DNA of 64,000 nt. Origin: an uncultured Gemmatimonadaceae bacterium (GTDB taxonomy: Bacteria > Gemmatimonadota > Gemmatimonadetes > Gemmatimonadales > GWC2-71-9). Below, one piece after another: positions 35,374-45,017 of the stretch. Made by a program: the position numbers and the translations under genes. Location of the stretch: assembly GCA_964647615.1 (NCBI GenBank), contig CAZYIV010000009.1, positions 42 through 64,041 on the forward strand, written 5' to 3'. The notes under the pieces are model-generated. The model saw nothing but the letters and a program-made list of their open reading frames with translations, had not been told where the DNA came from and searched no databases. Each line of letters starts with the position of its first letter. Positions within the stretch are counted from its first letter, which is position 1.

Positions 35374-35491
35374 CCCCCGGGTCCGCTTCGCGGCCCGCTG
35401 CGCGTTCTACCTCGCGATCCAGCTCGCGCTGGTGGTCATGGCGGTGGCGCATGCCTTCGACACCCCCAGCTTCATCTACCAGGCCTTCTGA
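35357..35491 (+). CDS. dltX: DltX-like 44-aa membrane micro-protein
   Basis: One TM helix (FYLAIQLALVVMAVAHAF) and the C-terminal PSFIYQAF, matching the FIYxxF tail I recall for DltX. It overlaps the dltD end by 17 nt and the dltA ATG by 1 nt. The track lists only a longer 95-aa ORF from 35204. Confidence 0.65.
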   Translation: MTAFTDPRVRFAARCAFYLAIQLALVVMAVAHAFDTPSFIYQAF

Positions 35492-36951
35492 TGAGCGACC
35501 TGCTCGCACGAATCGAGCGCTGGGGCGCCGCGGTCCCCGACCGGGTGGCCCACCGGAGTGGCGACCGGGTCATGACCTGGGGCGAACTGGTGCGGCGGGT
35601 GCGCGCGCTTGCCGCCTGGCTCGGCACCGCGCTGCCCGATGACGGCTCGCCGGTGGTGGTCCGGGGCCACAAGGAGCCGGAGATGCTGGTGGCGTTCCTG
35701 GCCTGCGCCCGGAGCCGCCACCCCTACGTGCCGCTCGACACCGGCCTCCCCGAGGCGCGCGCCGCGCGGATCGTGGAGCTGGCCCGCGCCCCGCTGACCC
35801 TGGAGCCGGCCCGCATCGCGGAGCTGTCCGCCGGGGACCACGGGCCGCCCCCGGAACGGCGCGTCGGCCCCGCCGACCTGCACTACATCATGTTCACCTC
35901 CGGCAGCACCGGGGACCCGAAGGGCGTGCCGATCACCCGGGGCAACCTGGAGCACTTCCTGGCCTGGATGATGGCGGAGCAGGCGCCGGGCGAGGGAGAG
36001 ACCTACCTCAACCAGTGCATCTTCGGCTTCGATGTGTCCCACATGGACACCTACCTGTCGCTCCTGACGGGCGGGACGCTGGTGAGCGTCACGAAGGAAC
36101 AGGTGGCCGACCTGCGGCAGCTCTTCACGATGCTGGGCGGATCGGGCGTGACCATCTGGGTGTCCACCCCCGCCTTCGCGCAGCTGTGCCTGGTGGAGAA
36201 GGGCTTCGCGCGCGGGATGCTCCCCGGGATGCGGAAGTTCCTCTTCTGCGGCGAGGCGCTGCCGCCGGATACGGTGGCCCAGCTGCTCGACCGCTTCCCC
36301 GGCGCCGAGGTGTGGAATACCTACGGCCCGACCGAGGCGACGATCGCCACCACCTCGCTCCGGATCGACCGGGAGGTGGTGGCACGGTACGCCCCGCTTC
36401 CCATCGGCCGGCCGATGCTGGGCAGCGAGGTGACGATCCTCGACGCCGAGCGGCGCCGGGTGCCGGAGGGGACGCGGGGCGAGATCGTCATCGCGGGACC
36501 CAACGTGAGCCCGGGGTACCTGCACCGGCCGGACCTCAGTGCGAAGGCCTTCTTCGAGTTCGAGGGGCGGCCGGCGTACCGCACCGGCGACTGGGGCCAC
36601 GTGCGCGACGGCCTGCTGTTCTGCGAGGGCCGGATGGATTTCCAGGTGAAGCTCCACGGCCACCGCATCGAGCTGGGCGACATCGAGGCGAACCTGTGCG
36701 CCATTCCCGGGGTGACCGGGGCCGCGGTGCTGCCGGTCCTCAAGGACGGCCGGGTGGATGCCCTCGCCGCCTACGTGATGCAGCCGGGGACACCGCCCGG
36801 CACCGACCGGAAGCGGGCCAGCGCGTTGCGCGCGGCGCTCAACGAGCGGATTCCCGCCTACATGGTCCCGCGCAAGATCGTCTTCCTCGAGGCGTTCCCG
36901 ATGACGCCCAACGGGAAGATTGACCGGAAGTCGCTCTCGACCACCCTGTGA
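35491..36951 (+). CDS. dltA: D-alanine--D-alanyl carrier protein ligase (adenylation enzyme)
   Basis: YIMFTSGSTGDPKGV, NTYGPTEATI, YRTGD, PMTPNGKIDRKSL. 486 aa with no condensation or thiolation domains. Confidence 0.85.
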   Translation: MSDLLARIERWGAAVPDRVAHRSGDRVMTWGELVRRVRALAAWLGTALPDDGSPVVVRGHKEPEMLVAFLACARSRHPYVPLDTGLPEARAARIVELARAPLTLEPARIAELSAGDHGPPPERRVGPADLHYIMFTSGSTGDPKGVPITRGNLEHFLAWMMAEQAPGEGETYLNQCIFGFDVSHMDTYLSLLTGGTLVSVTKEQVADLRQLFTMLGGSGVTIWVSTPAFAQLCLVEKGFARGMLPGMRKFLFCGEALPPDTVAQLLDRFPGAEVWNTYGPTEATIATTSLRIDREVVARYAPLPIGRPMLGSEVTILDAERRRVPEGTRGEIVIAGPNVSPGYLHRPDLSAKAFFEFEGRPAYRTGDWGHVRDGLLFCEGRMDFQVKLHGHRIELGDIEANLCAIPGVTGAAVLPVLKDGRVDALAAYVMQPGTPPGTDRKRASALRAALNERIPAYMVPRKIVFLEAFPMTPNGKIDRKSLSTTL

Positions 36952-38117
36952 CCCCGTACGCGTCGTTCAGCTATTTCGCGCTGGTCGCCCTGCTGGTGGG
37001 GCCGGCGGTCTGGCTCGGCTGGCGGGGCCGGGGCGCGGCGCGCTGGGTGCTCATCAGCGCCGCGCTCATGCTGGTGGTGCACCACGCCCCATCCGTGAAC
37101 GTGGTGCCGGGCCTCGGCCGGCTGCGCGACCTCTGGGTGGTGCTGGGCTTCGGGGTGTGGCAATACGGCCTGGCCCGCGGCCTCCTGGCCGCCGGCGGGA
37201 AGGGGGCACCGGCCTGGCGCTTCCGCCTGGCGCTCGGACTCGCCCTGGCGCCGCTGGTGGCGGTGAAGCTCGCGCCGGTGCTCGCCCCGGCGAGCCGGCT
37301 CGGGTTCCTCGGCGTGTCCTACGTGAGCTTCCGCGCCCTCGACGTGCTCCTCGGCGTGCGCGACGGCCTGGTCAAGGCGATCCCCGCCGGCTCCTATGCG
37401 GCGTTCGTGTTCTTCTTCCCGACCATCTCTGCGGGCCCGATCGACCGGTACCGCCGCTTCCTCCGGGACTACGACGCGCCGCGCAGCCGGGCCCAGCTGC
37501 TCGGCGACCTCGACACCGCGGTGTGGCAGCTGCACGTCGGCCTGCTGCTCAAGTTCATCCTCGCCGCCCTGGTGCAGCAGTACTGGATGGACCCGGCGGC
37601 GAAGCTCCACGGCTGGCCCGCCACGGTGTCCTACATGTACGCCTACAGCGCGTACCTGTTCTTCGATTTTGCGGGGTACAGCTCCATCGCGCTGGCGGTG
37701 AGCTACGCCTGCGGCATCCGGGTGGTGGACAACTTCAACCGGCCATGGCTCGCGACCAGCATCCAGGACTTCTGGAACCGGTGGCACATCAGCCTCTCGA
37801 CCTGGTTCCGGGACCAGATCTACATGCGGTTCCTGCTGGCCAACTCGAAGGGCGGGTGGATCCGGAACCGCCACTGGGCGGCGGCGGCGGGGTTCGGCGT
37901 GACCTTCCTGCTGATGGGGCTGTGGCACGGGGTGGCGTGGCACTACGTGCTGTACGGGCTGTACCACGCGGCGCTGCTGTCGGTGCACCAGGCGGCGGGC
38001 AAGTGGCTCAAGGCCCGGCCGTTCAGCGCCACCCGCGGGTGGCGGGTCGCGAGCTGGTTCGTGACCTTCAACCTGGTGTGCTTCGGCTTCCTGCTGTTCT
38101 CGGGCCACCTCGGCTGA
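36948..38117 (+). CDS. dltB: MBOAT-family membrane O-acyltransferase (DltB-like)
   Basis: [53 protein letters not shown] (conserved His region). The GTG start overlaps the dltA stop. Confidence 0.85.
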   Translation: MTPYASFSYFALVALLVGPAVWLGWRGRGAARWVLISAALMLVVHHAPSVNVVPGLGRLRDLWVVLGFGVWQYGLARGLLAAGGKGAPAWRFRLALGLALAPLVAVKLAPVLAPASRLGFLGVSYVSFRALDVLLGVRDGLVKAIPAGSYAAFVFFFPTISAGPIDRYRRFLRDYDAPRSRAQLLGDLDTAVWQLHVGLLLKFILAALVQQYWMDPAAKLHGWPATVSYMYAYSAYLFFDFAGYSSIALAVSYACGIRVVDNFNRPWLATSIQDFWNRWHISLSTWFRDQIYMRFLLANSKGGWIRNRHWAAAAGFGVTFLLMGLWHGVAWHYVLYGLYHAALLSVHQAAGKWLKARPFSATRGWRVASWFVTFNLVCFGFLLFSGHLG

Positions 38118-39087
38118 ACCCGCCGGCGGGTCGCAGCGCCCACCACGCCACCACCCCGAGCATCCCCGCCCGCAGCAGCTGCCCGGCCGCCGGGCCCGCC
38201 TCCAGCGCCGCCGCCATGTGCGGCGCCGCGAACCAGTAGAACAGTCCCGCACTCAGCGCCGCCAGCCGGCGTACCAGCCCCGCCAGCGTGGGCCGGCGCA
38301 GCGCCACGGCCAGCGCCACCACCAGCCACGCCACGGCCATCCCGATCAGCACCTGCCCATAGGCGCGGAGGGGGCTGACCGGCCCCGGGTCGGGGAGCAG
38401 GCCGAAGGCCACGATCAGCCCGGGAAAGCTCCCGGCGAACAGCCCCGGCACCGTCCGCAGCCACGGTCCCGATTGCCGGGCCCCGTCGGCCAGGGAGAGC
38501 AGCGCCTCGCGGGGCGCCCGGTCCATGCAGCCGACGGAGGTGCAGCGCACGCAGGGGCGGCAGCTGGTGTCGTCCAGGTGCAGCAACGGGTCGTGGCCGT
38601 AGAGCCGCTCGACCGGGAGGATGGGGCAGACGGCGTTGCAGAACCCGCCCTTGGCGGGCCGGGTGCGGCCGGCGAGCCAGGCCATCCCCGCGATACCCAG
38701 CAGCAGGGTGGCGAGCGCCGGGGCCTGGAACTCGAGGACCACGCGCCGGGCGGGAATCAGGCCCACCAGGAGCAGGATGCCGATCCGGTTGGCGGTCCGC
38801 CCCTCGGTCCAGCCGCGCCCCGGGACGCTCGCGGCGGCCCCGCCGAGGAGGTCCAGGGTGGCGAGGGGGCAGGCCGCCCGCCACAGGGACGGGGAGAACA
38901 GAAAGGAGAGTGGCAGGAGGGGGATCACGACCCCCCAGGTGAGCCGGAGCGTGGTGGCCGGCGCCAGCAGCAGCCCTGCGAGCACGGCCCCGAAGCCGGC
39001 GAGCCCGGGCCAGCGCAGCCAGTGGCGCCAGCGGTTGGGGGCCGGCCCGGTGGGGGCGGCGGAGGGGGCTGTGGAGGGGGCCGACAT
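38068..39087 (-). CDS. Polytopic membrane protein with a ferredoxin-like Cys cluster (4Fe-4S-binding, NapH/YccM-like)
   Basis: CNAVCPILP and [14 protein letters not shown] lie between hydrophobic helices. The start was chosen at MSAPSTAP (39087). The 3' end overlaps the dltB 3' end by 50 nt. The rest of track ORF 38068-41559 is antisense to glnN. Confidence 0.55.
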   Translation of the reverse strand: MSAPSTAPSAAPTGPAPNRWRHWLRWPGLAGFGAVLAGLLLAPATTLRLTWGVVIPLLPLSFLFSPSLWRAACPLATLDLLGGAAASVPGRGWTEGRTANRIGILLLVGLIPARRVVLEFQAPALATLLLGIAGMAWLAGRTRPAKGGFCNAVCPILPVERLYGHDPLLHLDDTSCRPCVRCTSVGCMDRAPREALLSLADGARQSGPWLRTVPGLFAGSFPGLIVAFGLLPDPGPVSPLRAYGQVLIGMAVAWLVVALAVALRRPTLAGLVRRLAALSAGLFYWFAAPHMAAALEAGPAAGQLLRAGMLGVVAWWALRPAGGFSRGGPRTAGSRSTPG

Positions 39088-39231
39088 ACCCTGAGAGGGT
39101 GGGTCCACGGGCCACGGTGCGTCAAGTGGCGGGCCCCCGTCGCGCGGCTTGTTCCCCCGGCCCTGCTGGTTATCTTCCCGCCGCCAGTCCGCGCCCCGCA
39201 CGCGCGACACTTTTGCCAGAGGGCCCCACCG

Positions 39232-41373
39232 GTGACCACCCCAGCGACGAGCGGCCAGCTCGAACCCGTGGACGCATTGTACAGCCGCGACGTCTTCTCG
39301 CGCGCGGTGATGCGTCAACGGCTCCCCAAGGACGTCTTCAAGCGCCTGATCAAGACGATCGACCAGGGCGCCCCCCTCGACCACAGCGTCGCGGACGTGG
39401 TGGCCTCGGCGATGAAGGACTGGGCCATCGAGAATGGCGCCACCCACTACACCCACTGGTTCCAGCCGCTGACCGGGCTCACCGCGGAGAAGCACGACAG
39501 CCTGATCTCCCCGGACGGCCAGGGCGGCGTGATCTTCAATTTCTCCGGCTCCGAGCTGGTGCAGGGTGAGCCGGACGCCTCCAGCTTCCCGTCCGGCGGC
39601 CTGCGGGCCACCTTCGAGGCCCGCGGCTACACCGCGTGGGACGTCACCAGCCCGGCCTTCCTGATCCGCGGCGTCAACGCCGTGACCCTCGTGATCCCGA
39701 CGGCGTTCGTGTCGTGGACCGGCGAGGCGCTCGACACCAAGATCCCGCTGCTCCGCTCGATGGAGGCGCTCTCCAACCAGGCGATGCGCATCCTGCGCCT
39801 GTTCGGCGGCGATGCCGGCGTGACCCGGGTGTTCACCACCGTCGGCCCGGAGCAGGAGTACTTCCTGGTGGACGCCCAGCTGTACTGGAAGCGTCCCGAC
39901 CTGGTGCTGGCCCACCGCACGCTCTTCGGCGCCAAGCCGCCCAAGGGGCAGCAGCTCGAGGACCAGTACTTCGGCACCATCCCCGCGCGGGTGCTGGCCT
40001 GCATGGCCGACGTGGAGCGGGAGCTCTGGTCGCTCGGCGTGCCGGTGAAGACCCGGCACAACGAGGTGGCGCCCTCGCAGTACGAGATCGCCCCGATCTT
40101 CGAGATGAGCCAGCTGGGCAGCGACCACCAGATGCTGCTCATGGAGACCCTGCGCCGGGTGGCCCCGCGGCACGGGCTCGCCGCGCTGCTGCACGAGAAG
40201 CCCTTCGCGGGCGTCAACGGCTCGGGCAAGCACAACAACTGGTCCATGTCCACCGACGGCGGGCACAACCTGCTCGACCCGCAGGACGACACCCACACCA
40301 ACCTGCAGTTCCTGGTGTTCCTGGTCTCGGTCATCCGGGCGGTGGACATCCACGCCGACCTGCTCCGCGGCTCGATCGCCTCGTCGGCCAACGACCACCG
40401 GCTGGGCGCCAACGAGGCCCCGCCGGCGATCATCTCGATCTTCCTCGGCGACATGCTCGAGGACATCCTGGCGCAGGTGGAGAAGGGCCAGCTGAAGCGC
40501 ACCCTGCGGGGCGGCGTGATCGACCTCGGCGCCCGGACCCTGCCGACCCTGCCGCGCCATTCCGGCGACCGCAACCGCACCTCGCCCTTCGCGTTCACCG
40601 GCAACAAGTTCGAGTTCCGCGCCGTGGGCTCGTCGCAGACCATCGCCTGGCCCAACACGGTGCTCAACACCATCGTGGCCGAGTCGCTCGACTACGTGGC
40701 CTCCGAGCTGGAGCGGGCGGTCGGCAAGGCGCCCACCGCCGCCCGGCTGACCGCCGCGGTGATGAGCCTGCTCAAGAAGCTGGTCAAGGCGCACAAGCGG
40801 GTGATCTTCGACGGCGACGGCTACTCCCAGGAGTGGCACGAGGAGGCGGAGCGCCGGGGCCTGCCGCACCTGCGCGACACCGTGGACTCGCTGGCGTCGC
40901 TCAAGGCCCGGAAGAACGTGGACCTGTTCAAGAAGTACGGCGTCCTGAACAAGGCCGAGTTCGACTCCCGCCTGGCCATCGCGTACGAGAAGTACGTGAA
41001 GGAACTGCAGATCGAGGCCGAGACCATGATCTCCATGGGCCGGACCATGATCCTGCCGGCGGCGCTCACGTACCAGAAGCAGATCGCCGAGGCGATCGGG
41101 GCCACCGAGACCGCCGGGGTCAAGTGCCACGACACCGTGGCCGCGCTCGGGGAGTACGTGAACCTGGTGTCGCGCTTCCAGGAGGCGCTCGGCGTCCTGG
41201 AGAAGGCCGCCGGGCACGAGGACCACGATCCGGTCAAGCACGCGACCTGGATCCGCGACAAGGTGAAGCCCGCGATGGCCACCCTGCGCGAGTACGGCGA
41301 TGCGCTCGAGGCCCACGTGGCCGCGGACCTCTGGCCGCTGCCGAGCTACCGGCAGATGCTGTTCTTCAAGTAA
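39232..41373 (+). CDS. glnN: Glutamine synthetase type III
   Basis: [88 protein letters not shown]. The GTG start at 39232 is tentative. Confidence 0.9.
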   Translation: MTTPATSGQLEPVDALYSRDVFSRAVMRQRLPKDVFKRLIKTIDQGAPLDHSVADVVASAMKDWAIENGATHYTHWFQPLTGLTAEKHDSLISPDGQGGVIFNFSGSELVQGEPDASSFPSGGLRATFEARGYTAWDVTSPAFLIRGVNAVTLVIPTAFVSWTGEALDTKIPLLRSMEALSNQAMRILRLFGGDAGVTRVFTTVGPEQEYFLVDAQLYWKRPDLVLAHRTLFGAKPPKGQQLEDQYFGTIPARVLACMADVERELWSLGVPVKTRHNEVAPSQYEIAPIFEMSQLGSDHQMLLMETLRRVAPRHGLAALLHEKPFAGVNGSGKHNNWSMSTDGGHNLLDPQDDTHTNLQFLVFLVSVIRAVDIHADLLRGSIASSANDHRLGANEAPPAIISIFLGDMLEDILAQVEKGQLKRTLRGGVIDLGARTLPTLPRHSGDRNRTSPFAFTGNKFEFRAVGSSQTIAWPNTVLNTIVAESLDYVASELERAVGKAPTAARLTAAVMSLLKKLVKAHKRVIFDGDGYSQEWHEEAERRGLPHLRDTVDSLASLKARKNVDLFKKYGVLNKAEFDSRLAIAYEKYVKELQIEAETMISMGRTMILPAALTYQKQIAEAIGATETAGVKCHDTVAALGEYVNLVSRFQEALGVLEKAAGHEDHDPVKHATWIRDKVKPAMATLREYGDALEAHVAADLWPLPSYRQMLFFK

Positions 41374-41396
41374 GCGGCGGCTGGTCCGAAGGCGAC

Positions 41397-41428
41397 GAGG
41401 GGTGGTCCCGTGACCGGGACCACCCCTC
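41397..41428. terminator. Strong hairpin between convergent glnN and a hybrid kinase gene (14-bp perfect stem)
   Basis: GAGGGGTGGTCCCG (41397-41410), loop tgac, CGGGACCACCCCTC (41415-41428). Confidence 0.5.
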
Positions 41429-41446
41429 CGTCGTTCCGGGGCCCGC

Positions 41447-43123
41447 TCAGCCGCCGACCGGGGCCGCGGCGGGTTCTTCCAGCGCCTCCCGCACCGTCTT
41501 GAGCAGGTCGCGGCTGGAGAACGGCTTGGGCAGGAACCGCATGTGGGCGCCGAGGGCATCGCGCGCGGCCACCACGTCGTCGGTGTAGCCCGACATGTAC
41601 ACCACCGGGAGGTCCGGGAGCGTGAGCCGGAGCCGGGCCACCAGCTCCCGACCGGTGAGCGCCGGCATCACCACGTCGGTGAGCAGCAGGTCGAGCGGCT
41701 CCCCCAGCCGGGTGGCGCGCTCGAAGGCCTCTGCGCCGTCGCAGGCCACGTGCACCCGGTAGCCCTGGCGCTCCAGCACCCGCCGCACCAGCTCCCGCAC
41801 CGCCGGCTCGTCCTCCACCACCAGGATGGTGGCGAGCGCCCCCGTCTCGGGGGTGGGGAGGAGCCCGGGCAGCAGCGGCGTCGGCTGCTCCGCCCCGGCG
41901 CGGGGCAGGTAGACCCGGAAGACGCTGCCGTGGCCCGGCTCGCTGTAGACCGCGAGGTAACCGCCGCTCTGCTTCACGATGCCGTACACCGTCGAGAGGC
42001 CGAGGCCGGTGCCCTGGCCCGCCGGCTTGGTGGTGAAGAACGGCTCGAAGATCCGCCGCTGGGTGTCCCGGTCCATGCCGCTACCGGTGTCGGCGACGGC
42101 CAGCATGATGTAGCTGCCGGGCCGGGCCCCCGGGTGCAGCCGGGCAAACTCGTGATCCAGCTCGGCATTGGCCGTCTCGATGGTGATCCGCCCGGTGCCG
42201 CGGATCGCGTCCCGCGCGTTCACCACGAGGTTGAGCAGCACCTGCTCCGCCTGCACCGGGTCCGCCAGTGCCAGGCCGATCCCGGCCCGGGGGCGGACCT
42301 CGAGGGTGATGTGCTCGCCGATCAGGCGGCGCAGCATCCCGCCCATGTCCCGGGCCACGCCGGCCAGGTCGAGCGGGCGCGGCTGCATGACCTGCCGACG
42401 GCTGAAGGCCAGGAGCTGGCGGGTGAGCCCGGAGGCGCGCTCGCTGGCGCGGTGGACCTCGAGCAGGTCCGCGTGGTGCGGATCGCCCTCGGGCAGGTCC
42501 TCCAGCACCAGCGCGGTGTAGTTGCCGATGACCGTGAGCAGGTTGTTGAAGTCGTGCGCGACCCCGCCCGCCAGGCGGCCCACCGCCTCCATCTTCTGCG
42601 ACTGGAACAGCTGCTCCTGGCTCTTGCGGAGGGCCTCCTCCGCGTGGCGCAGGTCGGCGAGGTAGGCGAACCCGTGGCTGGTCGCCGCCAGCACGCCATA
42701 GGCGATCGTGTTCCCGACCAGCTGGCTGAACGCGAGGCGCGCCGCCAACCCGCCGAAGCCCAGCCCGGCGGGGCCCCACCCGGCGAGGTACCAGACCAGA
42801 GTGCTCACCAGCCCGTGGACCAGCCCGAGCACGGTGGCGGCGGCGGCGTGCCGGGCCAGACTGTGCCAGCGGCGTGCGTCGCGATGGGCGACCTCGGTCA
42901 CCCGCCACACCAGGAGGAAGAAGGGGACCCACAGCCCCCACTGCAGCATCGCGGCTTCGATCCGCGCGGCCACGCCGGCGGGCGCGGGGCCGGAAGCAGA
43001 CACCAGTGCCAGGGCCGCCATCGAGAACCCCAGCACGGCGATCGCCGCAAGGGCACGGATATCCATCGGGGTGCCCGCCGCGGGGGTGGCGGCGGGCTGG
43101 CCGGAGGGCGCCTGAGTGTCCAT
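41447..43123 (-). CDS. Hybrid sensor histidine kinase/response regulator with an N-terminal membrane domain
   Basis: [40 protein letters not shown]-terminal receiver [12 protein letters not shown]...LLLTDVVMP...FLPKPF. Confidence 0.88.
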   Translation of the reverse strand: MDTQAPSGQPAATPAAGTPMDIRALAAIAVLGFSMAALALVSASGPAPAGVAARIEAAMLQWGLWVPFFLLVWRVTEVAHRDARRWHSLARHAAAATVLGLVHGLVSTLVWYLAGWGPAGLGFGGLAARLAFSQLVGNTIAYGVLAATSHGFAYLADLRHAEEALRKSQEQLFQSQKMEAVGRLAGGVAHDFNNLLTVIGNYTALVLEDLPEGDPHHADLLEVHRASERASGLTRQLLAFSRRQVMQPRPLDLAGVARDMGGMLRRLIGEHITLEVRPRAGIGLALADPVQAEQVLLNLVVNARDAIRGTGRITIETANAELDHEFARLHPGARPGSYIMLAVADTGSGMDRDTQRRIFEPFFTTKPAGQGTGLGLSTVYGIVKQSGGYLAVYSEPGHGSVFRVYLPRAGAEQPTPLLPGLLPTPETGALATILVVEDEPAVRELVRRVLERQGYRVHVACDGAEAFERATRLGEPLDLLLTDVVMPALTGRELVARLRLTLPDLPVVYMSGYTDDVVAARDALGAHMRFLPKPFSSRDLLKTVREALEEPAAAPVGG

Positions 43124-43166
43124 GTCCCCGTTTTCGGCGGGAATGGGGCCCGGCTTGAGCGGGCGG

Positions 43167-43589
43167 TCAGCCCTCGTCGGGGAAGGTGGCGGGAACGGCC
43201 GCCGCCGCCGCGACCAGCGCCTGCGCCGCGCCGGCGAAGGGCACCAGCTCGGCGAGGATCCCCTTGGTGAGCTTCAGCTTGCCCGTCATGAGGGCGAGCA
43301 GGGGCGGGGCGCCACCGGTGAGCACCGCACGCCAGGTCCCCACGCTTCCGCTCAGGACGTAGCGCGCCGCGTCCTCGTCTGCCGCGCTGGCGGCGCGGCC
43401 GACGCGGCACTCCCCATGCCACAGGTCGAGCCATGCCCGGAGGGGCTCGGCCCCGCCGTCGGCGAGCATGCAGAGCACCACTGCACCTTCCCACCCCGCC
43501 GCGGCCGCGCGGTAGGCCTCGGTCCCGTTCAGGCGTTCGGCGCAGGCCTCCGCCCAGCCATCGGAAAAGATGAGGACGGGCGCGGTCAT
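43167..43589 (-). CDS. SCP2 (sterol-carrier-like) domain protein
   Basis: ALMTGKLKLTKGILAELVPF is typical of the SCP2 C-terminus. The ATG at 43589 overlaps the aguA stop (ATGA). Confidence 0.6.
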   Translation of the reverse strand: MTAPVLIFSDGWAEACAERLNGTEAYRAAAAGWEGAVVLCMLADGGAEPLRAWLDLWHGECRVGRAASAADEDAARYVLSGSVGTWRAVLTGGAPPLLALMTGKLKLTKGILAELVPFAGAAQALVAAAAAVPATFPDEG

Positions 43590-44680
43590 GCCCGGGGCCA
43601 CTGCTGGGTGACGCAATGGAAGCTGCCGAGGCCCCAGACCAGGTCTCGGGAGTCAAGCACCACGACCCGGCGACCGGGGAAGCAGCGGGCCAGCACCTCG
43701 CGCGCCTGCGCATCGGTCTGCGGGTGGTAGCCCGGCATCAGCACCAGCTCGTTGGCGATGTAGAAGTTGGCGTAGCTGGCCGGCAGCCGCTGCCCGTCGT
43801 GATGCATTGCGGGGGGCATCGGCAGGGTGAGGATGCGGAACGGCCGGCCGTCCTGGTCGGTCATGCCCCGGAGCCGGTCCAGGTTCTCGCGCAGCGGGGC
43901 GTAGTTGGCGTCCCGGGGGTCTTCCTCCACCACCGTGACGATGGTCTGCTCGTCGGTGAAGCGGGTGAGGTCGTCCACGTGGCCGTCGGTATCGTCGCCC
44001 TCGATCCCGTCACCCAGCCACAGCACCTTCCGGACGCCGAGGTAGTCGCGCAGGGACTGCTCGATCTGCCCCCGGGAGAGCCCCGGATTGCGGTTGGGGT
44101 TGAGCAGGCAGCTCTCGGTGGTGAGCAGGGTGCCGCGGCCGTTCACGTCGAGGCTGCCCCCCTCCATCACGATCCCCGGATGGAAGACCCGCAGCTTGAA
44201 GTGGGCCCCGATCCGGGTGGGGATGACGTCGTCGGCATCGAAGGGCGGGTACTTCCCGCCCCAGGCGTTGTAGCCCCAGTCCACGATCGCCTGCTCCCGC
44301 CGCCCCGAGGCCGTCTCCCGCTGCACGAAGCAGGGCCCGTGGTCCCGGCACCAGGCGTCGTTGGTCGGGTTGTGGTGCAGGAAGACCCGGGCGCCCTTCG
44401 GCGCGGGAGTTGTTCCCGCCGCCCCGAGATCGCGGGCCGGCACGCCGGCGCCGGCCAGGCGCTCGGTGACCTCCGCCGCCATGACCGGTCCGCTGACGTT
44501 GATGTGCACCTCCTCGACCCCCGCGAGCTCCCGCACCAGTGCGGCGAAGACCGCGGGGACCGGCTCGAACTTGCCCGGCCACGAGGACTCGCGGTGGGGC
44601 CAGCTCAGCCAGGTGCCTCGATGGGGTGCCCACTCGGCGGGCATGTGATAGCCGAGGGAGGCAGGGGTGGGCTCGGTCAT
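43586..44680 (-). CDS. aguA: Agmatine deiminase
   Basis: MPAEWAPHRGTWLSWPH, NDAWCRDHGP, DWGYNAWGGKY, GGSLDVNGRGTLLTTESCLLN, TDGHVDDL, GSFHCVTQQ. Confidence 0.9.
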   Translation of the reverse strand: MTEPTPASLGYHMPAEWAPHRGTWLSWPHRESSWPGKFEPVPAVFAALVRELAGVEEVHINVSGPVMAAEVTERLAGAGVPARDLGAAGTTPAPKGARVFLHHNPTNDAWCRDHGPCFVQRETASGRREQAIVDWGYNAWGGKYPPFDADDVIPTRIGAHFKLRVFHPGIVMEGGSLDVNGRGTLLTTESCLLNPNRNPGLSRGQIEQSLRDYLGVRKVLWLGDGIEGDDTDGHVDDLTRFTDEQTIVTVVEEDPRDANYAPLRENLDRLRGMTDQDGRPFRILTLPMPPAMHHDGQRLPASYANFYIANELVLMPGYHPQTDAQAREVLARCFPGRRVVVLDSRDLVWGLGSFHCVTQQWPRA

Positions 44681-45017
44681 GGGTCCTGAGGGTCGAGGAA
44701 GTGGGGCGGAAAGGTCGGCAGGGCAGGGTCGGCGGGCAAGTCAGCGCTCCTGGCTGCAGGCCTGTTGTTGACGGATCGCCACAGATTGGCGAGTGCGCAC
44801 CCGATGTCGCGACCAGGTCGCGTGACGTATCCGCATGTCGATCAAGGCCTTGATGGCATGTGTGGGGGCCATCTGGCGTGACACTGACGGCGAAGCGTTT
44901 CGGTACGGCTCATGCATTCATGAATTGTTTATCCCCCTTGGACGCCGGGCCGTGCCGGCGACCGGGACTCAGGTGACAACTCAGGCGCTCTGCCCCCCCC
45001 GTGATGCCGGAGGATGA

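Noticed and set aside
39167-39182. Possible sigma-54 promoter (TGGTTA-N5-CCGC, with GG-N10-GC spacing) upstream of glnN
   Set aside because: Only the GG/GC dinucleotide spacing fits. The -12 element (CCGC vs TTGC) and the -24 flank are poor, and such matches arise by chance in GC-rich DNA. No NtrC-type enhancer sites were recognised.
44916-44925. Perfect palindrome ATTCATGAAT as a regulator binding site
   Set aside because: A single 10-bp palindrome in an AT-richer gap is not significant on its own. It is mentioned under the aguA finding but is not claimed as a feature.
44835-45017. 60-aa ORF in the aguA/peroxidase intergenic region
   Set aside because: It has no RBS, its codon third positions do not follow the GC3 bias of real genes, and it lies in the lower-GC promoter-like gap.
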